Of a stretch of DNA of 32,000 nt, positions 18,323-27,300 are shown piece after piece (position 1 is the first letter of the stretch; the number at the start of each line of letters is the position of its first letter). Location of the stretch: assembly GCF_000011805.1 (NCBI RefSeq), contig NC_006840.2. One strand, given 5' to 3'. The notes under the pieces were generated by a model. The model ran no database searches. It had not been told where the DNA came from and worked only from the letters and a program-made list of their open reading frames with translations. The position numbers and the translations under genes were made by a program. Source of the stretch: Aliivibrio fischeri ES114. Its GTDB lineage: Bacteria > Pseudomonadota > Gammaproteobacteria > Enterobacterales > Vibrionaceae.

Positions 18323-21300
18323 TTAATCTACTTTAAACATATTAAAATCATTATAAAGTGTACTTAGGATATCTTGGTCACTCATAGAGCCCAAATCACT
18401 GATACCTAGTGTCGTACTATCAACACCTTTTAGAGTGATATCTGTTTGATTTCCTAATTCATCAGTAACAGACAATACAGTTTGCGAGTTGCTATCATCA
18501 ATATTCACATTAATATGTTGCAGCATATCATCCATGGTTGAGCTAGCTTGAATTGAATCAGGTAATAACTCAGCTAAATCAAGAATATCTGCCTCATTAT
18601 TAGCTGCAACCCCATCAACAGCAAAGTCAGCAATAGATGTTTGAGCTGGTGAAGCTGAACTGCCTGCAATTTCATCTGCAAAATAGAAGATATCATTACC
18701 ACCACCACCGGTTAGGATGTCGTTTTGACCTGAAGCATATAGCGTATTATTCGCTTCATTACCAAAGGTGTCAGACACAACCAGATGTCCTGAATTAGTG
18801 AGCGACGTTAATTTCTCTTCATCAGTCATTGATGCTGTTGATTCTCCAGTTAACTCATCTAGAGTAACACCATCAACAACAATGGTTTGGACCGTGCTCC
18901 CTGCTTCATTGATATAAATTTCAGTGCTACCATCAACTTCTGAAATTTGTATTTGAGAAGCAAGTGTAGCCGAATCCCAAACAGTAGTGATATTAGCGAT
19001 GTCAGTTAAATCAATTCTGTCGCTATTTACGTCAAAATCTTTAATGATATCGCGAGCTAAATCTCCACCAATCGATGCATTTGTCCATGTGAATGTATCA
19101 GCCGTTCCCGCATCAGATAAATCTAATGGATTACCAAACAACAATTCATCATTTGTCGTCCCAGTTAAAATATCTGAGCCAGAAACGCCTTGAACCACAT
19201 TAGGCGCAGCTACGGCAACTGTGATGACCTGTTGAGTAATGCCACCTTTTCCATCTGATGCTTCAACAGTGAAAACGTCTGTCGTATCAGTTGCTAATGC
19301 CAAGGTACTGTTTTCAGTAAGAACATATGTCCATAACCCTGCAGCATTGATGCTTAACGTACCATAAACACCTGTAGCTGAAGATGATGAGGAGATTTGC
19401 CATCCTATCGGATCACTCTCTGCATCGGTTGCATTTAATTGACCAGAAACCGTCTCAACAACGCCCTCTTTGACATCAGCGGTAGTGGTTCCAGTAATAA
19501 CTGGAGCATCATTCTCACCTGTAATATCAATAGTAATGACTTGCTGTGTTACCTGTCCTGTCGCATCAGTAACATCAATAACTAAAGACTCTTGTGCCCC
19601 ATCAGCACCAATTGCTTGTGCTAAGCTATCAATTAAATCGTATTCCCATTTACCTGTTGCAGGATCAACAATGAATGTGCCATATAAAGGTGTTGATGTT
19701 GTTGAAACAGTATAGCCAATTAATGTACCTTCTGGATCCAGATATGTAATCGTACCTTCTGCATGTAGCTCTCCATCTTCAACAACCGCTCCTGTCGTTT
19801 CCTGAGTCGCTCCTGCATCCACAATTGGTTGATCATCATGCCCAGTCACGCTTACCGTAATGTCTTGGGTTACTGTTCCACCATTACCATCTGAAACTTC
19901 AATTGTGAAAATTTCAGTTGCAACAGTATCACCTAAAGCTTGAGCTTTATCGTTATCCAGAAGATAAGTCCATTCACCGTTAGCATCAACAGTTAACGCT
20001 CCATATAATCCAGTTACATCTCCAGGTGTAGCTGCGGTATTTGGACCTGAAACAACAGTATAAGTGAAACTGGTATCAGTTAAATCTACATCTGATACAT
20101 CTAGTTGACCAATGGCGGTAGCTGTACCATCTTCTTCAACACTACCAATAATAACACTCGATACATCTATCGTTGGGTCGTCATTTGCACCTGTAATATT
20201 AATAGTGATCACTTGCTGTATTGTTCCACCGGTTTGATCGGTTACTTCAATAGTGTAAGTTTCTTGAGCACCAGCAACACCAATTTCTTGCGCTAATGCA
20301 TTATCTAACTCATATGTCCATGTACCATCGGCCCCCACAGTGAAGGTCCCATAAGGCGAGGATGGCGGATTAATCACATTGTAATTAATTACATCCCCTT
20401 CAGGATCCACATAAGAAACTTGACCTGTTGCTGTCAGTGTTCCGTCTTCGACTACCGTACCTTCGGTTACTTGTGGAATTGTCGTATCGATAATGGGATC
20501 ATCATCTGTACCTGTGATATTTACAGTAACGTCTTGTGTAATTACCCCACCATTTCCATCATCAATTTGAATCGTAAACGTTTCTGTAATCGTTTCATCA
20601 CCAATCTCTTGAGCTTTATCGTTATTTAATACGTAAGTCCACTTCCCGTTAGCATCCACGGTTACAGAACCATAAGCATCTGTAGGTGATGTTGTGACAC
20701 TGAAATCAAACGTTGTATCATTTAAATCTATATCTGTAATATCTAGTTGCCCTGACTGAGTCTGAGTCCCAATGCCATCTTCTTCTACATCAACAGAAAG
20801 AATACTGGTATCCACAACTTCAGGGTCATCGTTAGTACCATTTACTGTAAAGGTAATGTCTTGTGTACTACTTAAACCATGTTCATCTGTCACTTTAACG
20901 GTATAGGTTAAATCCAGTGATTCACCAACGCCTAGTTGCTGTATTTCTAACGCTGAGTTATCGATTACTAATTTATAATCACCGTTAGGATCAAAAGTTA
21001 AGGTTCCCAAGCTATCGCCACTTAGTACTTCCCAAATATGGGTATCCGCTGTATCAGGATCACCATCATCCCAATTACCTGTTACCTCAAGATTACCATC
21101 AGCATTAAGATCGGTATCTTCTGTCACCTCAGAAGGAACAGTCACAACAAGGTCTGGAGCATCATTTTCACCATTAATAGTAATCGTGATGGTCATCTCT
21201 GCCGTGTCACCTGCATCATCCGTTGCAATAATAGTGATCGTATCGGTTAACGTTTCACCTTTTGATAAACTGTTAACCGCTGGATCATTTCCATCTACAG

Positions 21301-24300
21301 TATAAGTCCAGCGCCCAGTATTGTTATCTACGCTGACTGAACCATAGCTTCCTTGAGTACCAGGAGAGACAACCACATTATCACCAACATCTACATCAGA
21401 AGTAACAAAGTTTCCTGACGCTGTACTGCCATCCGCTTCTTCTACCGAAGCAGTATCCATTCCTGATATCTTAGGTACATCATTAGTACCAGTAATATTG
21501 ATCGTTACTTCTTGAGCTGTTTTCGCGCCATGTTCATCAACAGCAAACACTGTAAAAGTTTCTGATACTACTTCACCTTCACGTAAACCTTGAATATGTG
21601 CTGCATCGTTATCAAGTTCATATGTCCAAACACCGTTCTCATCGACCGTAAATACACCGTAGGTACCCGTTAATGTTTTGGCATCAAAAGTGACATCATC
21701 ACCGTTAGGATCGGTTACAACTAACGTATTAGAATCCGTTATTTTTTCGTCTTCTTTTAACTCCATGACGATCTGATCATCTTGAGCTATTTCTGGTGGT
21801 AAATTTGAACCATCAATAGTTACGGTGATTGTTTCTGTTGATGTTTCACCATATGAATCTGTTACTGTTACTTCGAACGTATCAGATAGCGTTTCTCCAA
21901 CACCAAGTAATTTAACTGCATCTAAACTTGTGTCTAATGTATATGTCCATTTTCCATTAACTAACATTAAACGACCGTAATCACCTTGATTATCAGCAAC
22001 TGACCAAGTGTGTGTATCACCAGTATCTACATCACCATCATTTAAGTTTCCTGAAATACGTCCATCAGAATCTATATTCGATATCGTCCCCGTCAATTGT
22101 CCTGATATTTCTGGTGCATCGTTAGTACCAGTGACATCAACTTTGAAAATCATTTCAAGAGGGTCACCATTTTCATCAACGACGGTTTTACCAAATTTAT
22201 CAACAACGGTAACACTGAAGGTATCGGTAACTAATTCACCTTCATTCAGCTGTTGAACGGCTAATGAATCATTATCAAGAACATAAGTCCAGTTACCATT
22301 ATTATCTAACGTTAAGTGACCGTAAGTTCCATCTCCTGTCACTAAGTTCCATGTTAGTTCTGGCGTTAAACCTGCTACATCATCCAAGACGCCTGTTTGT
22401 GTTAATGGGGAACCGTCTTCTTTGAATTCAATTTCTTCAATAACAGCAACAGCTGGAGCATCATCGGCCACACCAATAATATTAATATTTATCGTCGAAT
22501 CTGAACTTACCGCACCTTTATCATCCTCAACAACAACTCGTACGTATTCTTTTTCGATTTGATCTGGTGTTAGTGCCTGTACGATCTCACTATCATTATC
22601 CAGTACATACGTCCATTCACCAGTCGATTGATTTAAGGTTAATTCACCATACACACCTTGAATAACGATGTTTTCTCCGCTTGGATCTAATGTTCCGATC
22701 TTATTTCCATCTACATCGACCAAATACCATGTATGAGTATCACACGAATCAGGATCAACAACTTCTAGCTGACCAGATACTTCAAGAATGTCATCTTCAA
22801 CTACTTCACCTAACTCACCCGTATCGGTATCAGCAATAATCACAGGAACGTCATTAGAACCTGTGATTGTGACGTTAACTAGAATAGTTTCTGTGCCACA
22901 ATCAGTTTGTACTGTAACAGCCCATCGTTCTGTGACTTCTTGACCTTCACATAACGAATCTACGTACGATTTATCATCAGCAACATCGTAAACCCAGTTG
23001 CCATCATTATCGACAGTAAGAGAACCAAATAATCCACCATCAATAGATGATGTTCCATCAACGCTAATAATCTCACAACCACTAGGAAGATCTATCGTAC
23101 CTGAACTACCACCTCCAATTGCATTTCCATCACCGTCAACACCTTCTTCTATGGAGTCAATATCAATCACTTCGTCGTATGAACCACCGCCACCACCATC
23201 TGGGTCGGTATTACCTTCAACAGTAATTGTCACTTCGAACGGTTCTGAAATACCACCATGTTTATCTGTTGCAGTAATTTGGAAAACTTCTGTACGAACA
23301 TCACCAAAGTTAAGTGCATTAGTATCAGGGTCTGTATTGTCTAACAAATATGTCCATTGGCCATTTTCATCAACAGTGAAAATACCATAAACACCACTTC
23401 CGTTAATAACTTGCCAACTAACGACTTCGTCACCTAAATCGATATCATCAGCAATAACATTACCTGTGACTTTGGTAAATTGACCATTAAACGTCTCACC
23501 TGGTGGTAAGAAATCTTGTGCATCCTCAATAACCGTCGCTGCATTATCACCAGAAACAACAGGTCGATCGTTTGTTCCCGTAATGGTGAAATCTATTTGT
23601 TCGTTTGTAAAACCACCATTAGAATCGTGAACAACCGCGGTAAAGGTCTCTGAGATCATTTCACCTTCATTTAACGATTGTATCGCAGCTGAATCTTTAT
23701 TGATTTCATAGCGCCATGAGCCATCAGCTTCTAGGTAAAATGTGCCATAGTTACCAACATAAGTTCTCATTTCAAATGTTGTCGTATCTCCGGCATCAAC
23801 ATCCGTTGCTATCAATTGACCTGTAACTACATCAGGAGAGACATCTTCAATATATTCTCCTGTCGTTCCGCCAGTAATTTCAGGAAGATCATTAGTGCCT
23901 TCTATCGTAATCGTGATGTCTTTTTGTACTGATTCACCTTGAGAATCTGTCACGATAACAGTAAAGATTTCTGTCAAAATATCAGATGGGCCAAGTGCTT
24001 GAACCGCAGCTAAAGAGTTCATTAGACTATAAGTCCAACGTCCATTCGCATTCATAGTTAACGCACCGTATTGGCCGACACCATCAACTAAATTCCATGC
24101 ATGAACATCACCTACATCTGGGTCACCACTCTTCAACTGACCTTCTATAACAGTTGTTGTATCCTCAATTACCGTACCAGTTAAAGCCCCTGTCATTGTT
24201 GGCGCATCATTTGTACCTTCAATAGTAATTTCTACTTCTTTTTCAGAGACTTCACCAAATGAATCGGTCACTTTAACCGTTATCGTGTCAACAAGCTCTG

Positions 24301-27300
24301 CACCTTCTTTTAAGCCATTAACGGTGCTATTGCTGTTATCTAAGGTATATGTCCAGTGGCCATTTTGATCTAACGTAAATTGACCATATTGACCGGTAGA
24401 GCCGACAATTTCCCACGTTAATGTATCTTGAGTATCTAAATCACCTGAATTTAAATCGCCATCAATCACATTTACAGCAGCGTCTTCTTTTATCTCTCCC
24501 GTTGTATCACCAATAATACCTGGCGAGCTATTTGTACCAGCTATATCAATAACCACTTCAATTTGGCTAGTTCCACCTTGACCATCATCCACTTGAACAA
24601 CAAATTTATCTTGAACTATCTGTCCTGAAGATATTCCGATAGTTGCAGGACGAGAGTTATCAAGTTGATAGGTCCACATACCAGTATTAGGGTCAACCAC
24701 TAAGCTGCCATATACACCATTAGGCGTAACAACAGACCATGTATGCGTATCTAATGTATCAATATCAACAGCAGCTAATTCACCCGTTGCAACATCTTTT
24801 CCAGGTGTTCCTTCAATTGTACTACCCGTTGTTGCACCACTAATTGACGGTTGGTCATTATCACCAACAATATCAATAACAATTTCTTTTGAGGTTGAAG
24901 CACCAAAACCATCTGTTACCGTGACGGTAAAGGTATCTTGAACACGCTCACCTTCAGATAAACTTTGAACCGATGCTTTATCATTATCTAAGTTGTAAAC
25001 CCAACGACCATCAGCAGTTAGTGTTAATGTTCCGTATGAGCCAGTTTTAGAATCAAGCGTCCATGTATAAGTATCGCCGATATCTTTATCATCAGGCTCA
25101 AGTTTACCGTTAACCATAGTGATTGCTGAATCTTCTTCTACAACGCCACTAAGATCACCAGACAACTCAGGTACATCGTTAGTACCTTTAACTTTTACGG
25201 TAACTTCAACAGTGTCAATTGCACCATATTGGTCTTCAACTTGAATAATGAATTTTTCTTTTACAGTCTGACCTTCTAAAAGTCCTTGGGTTAATGGCGA
25301 AGAATTATCAATGGTATAAGTCCATTTACCATTAGCATCGAGGGACATTGAACCATAAATACCTTGAGGGTCAGTTAATAAAGTCCAAGTATGCGTATCA
25401 GTAAGATCGACATCGCCATCAGTTAATTGTCCTGAAACTGATGCTTTATCATCTTCAATAATAGTTTGAGATGTTTTACCACCAATGATTGGAACATCAT
25501 TAGTACCTAAAATCTCAACCGTAATAACAATTGCATTTTGCCCACCATTTCCATCATCTACGGCAATGGTGAATGTTTCAAATTCTTGTTGGTTTTCGGC
25601 TAAAGCTTGCGTATCAGGATTTGATGGATCTAATGTATAAATCCAATTACCATTAACATCAATGGTCATCGTGCCATATTTTCCGACACCACCACCATCT
25701 ACAAGCCAAGTATGTGTATCCGTAAAATCAACATCTACAGCCGTTAACGCACCTGTTGCGGTAGGAATAATGTCTTCTACTGCAGTACCTGTAGTTCTAC
25801 CTGTAATTTCAGGTCTATCATTAGTACCAACAATTGTCACTTCGACAGTATGTTGCGCATAACCATTATTTCCATCACCTACAACAACAACAAAACTTTC
25901 AACTACTGTTTCATCTTTTGCTAATAATTGGGCTTCATCATTTTTAAGAACAAAAGTCCATTCGCCTGTAGCTGCATCAATAGAAAAGTGGCCTAATTTC
26001 GATTCACTGGCACCGATAACAAACCAATTATGAGTGTCCGCTAAATCTACATCTTCAACGGTCAGCGTGTCTGATATGCTTTGAACTCCATCTTCAGTAA
26101 CAGTACCTGTATCATTGCTATCAACAATACTTGGTAAATCATTAGTACCTTCAAGAGAAATAACGATTTCTTTTTGCTCTGTTCCACCTTGACCATCATC
26201 AACAGTAACAACAAATCGGTCTTCCCCTGACTCTCCTTCTGCCAGTTGCTGTGTTACATCCAACGAATTATCAATGGTATATGTCCATTTACCATTCGCA
26301 TCAACAACAATCGAACCATATTTACCCGTCGCAGGTTCAACACTCCAAGTGTGAGTATCTGTTAAATCAACATCGTCGACAATCAATTGCCCTTCAGTTG
26401 TTTCAATAGAATCTTCTTTTACTGAACCTAATGTTTGTCCTGATAATTCTGGTTTATCGTTAGTACCATTAATGGTAATTTCAACCGTTTCAGTAATGAC
26501 ACCACCAGCACCATCACTTAGCTCTACGGTATAGTATTCTTTGATAGGGTCATCACCAGCACCAAGCGATTGAGCGGCATCATTGTCCAATGTGTATAGC
26601 CAAACACCTGTTGAAGCATCAAGAGTAAATTTACCGTAAGTCCCCGTATCTGAACCAACAATATTCCAGTTAAATGAACTAGTAGCATCTTCATCTGTTG
26701 CAGTTAACGTACCTGTTGCTGTTAGCGTGGTATCCTCAGTTACTTCTCCAACCGTGTCTCCGCCGATAATAGGTACACCGTTCGTACCAACGACAGTAAT
26801 AATGATTTCTATCGTATCAGTACCACCTTGACCATCATCAACAGTAACGGTGAATTTATCTTCAACACTTTCGCCTTCTGTAAGTGCTTGTGTGGCTGGT
26901 AGTGAATTATCAATACTATAGGTCCAAAGCCCTGTTGCAGGGTCAATAACAATGGATCCATAAGTTCCTGCGTTACTATCGACACTCCAAGAATGAACAT
27001 CGATTAAATCCACATCATCAACAGTCAGTTGCCCTTCTACTTCAGATTGCGTTGCCGTGTCTTCCTTCACTAAGCCCGTTGATTGACCGGAAACAATCGG
27101 ATCATCATTAGTACCGGTAATTTCTATCGAAATAGTTTCGGTTGTAACACCGCCTTGCCCATCATCAACTTGAACTTGATATTCAACCGTATAAGTTTCA
27201 CCATTAGCTAATGCTTGCACTTGAGCTGCGGTATTATTTAACGTGTATTCCCATTTACCAGAGCCATCAGGATTTGTGCTCACAGTAATAGAACCATACG

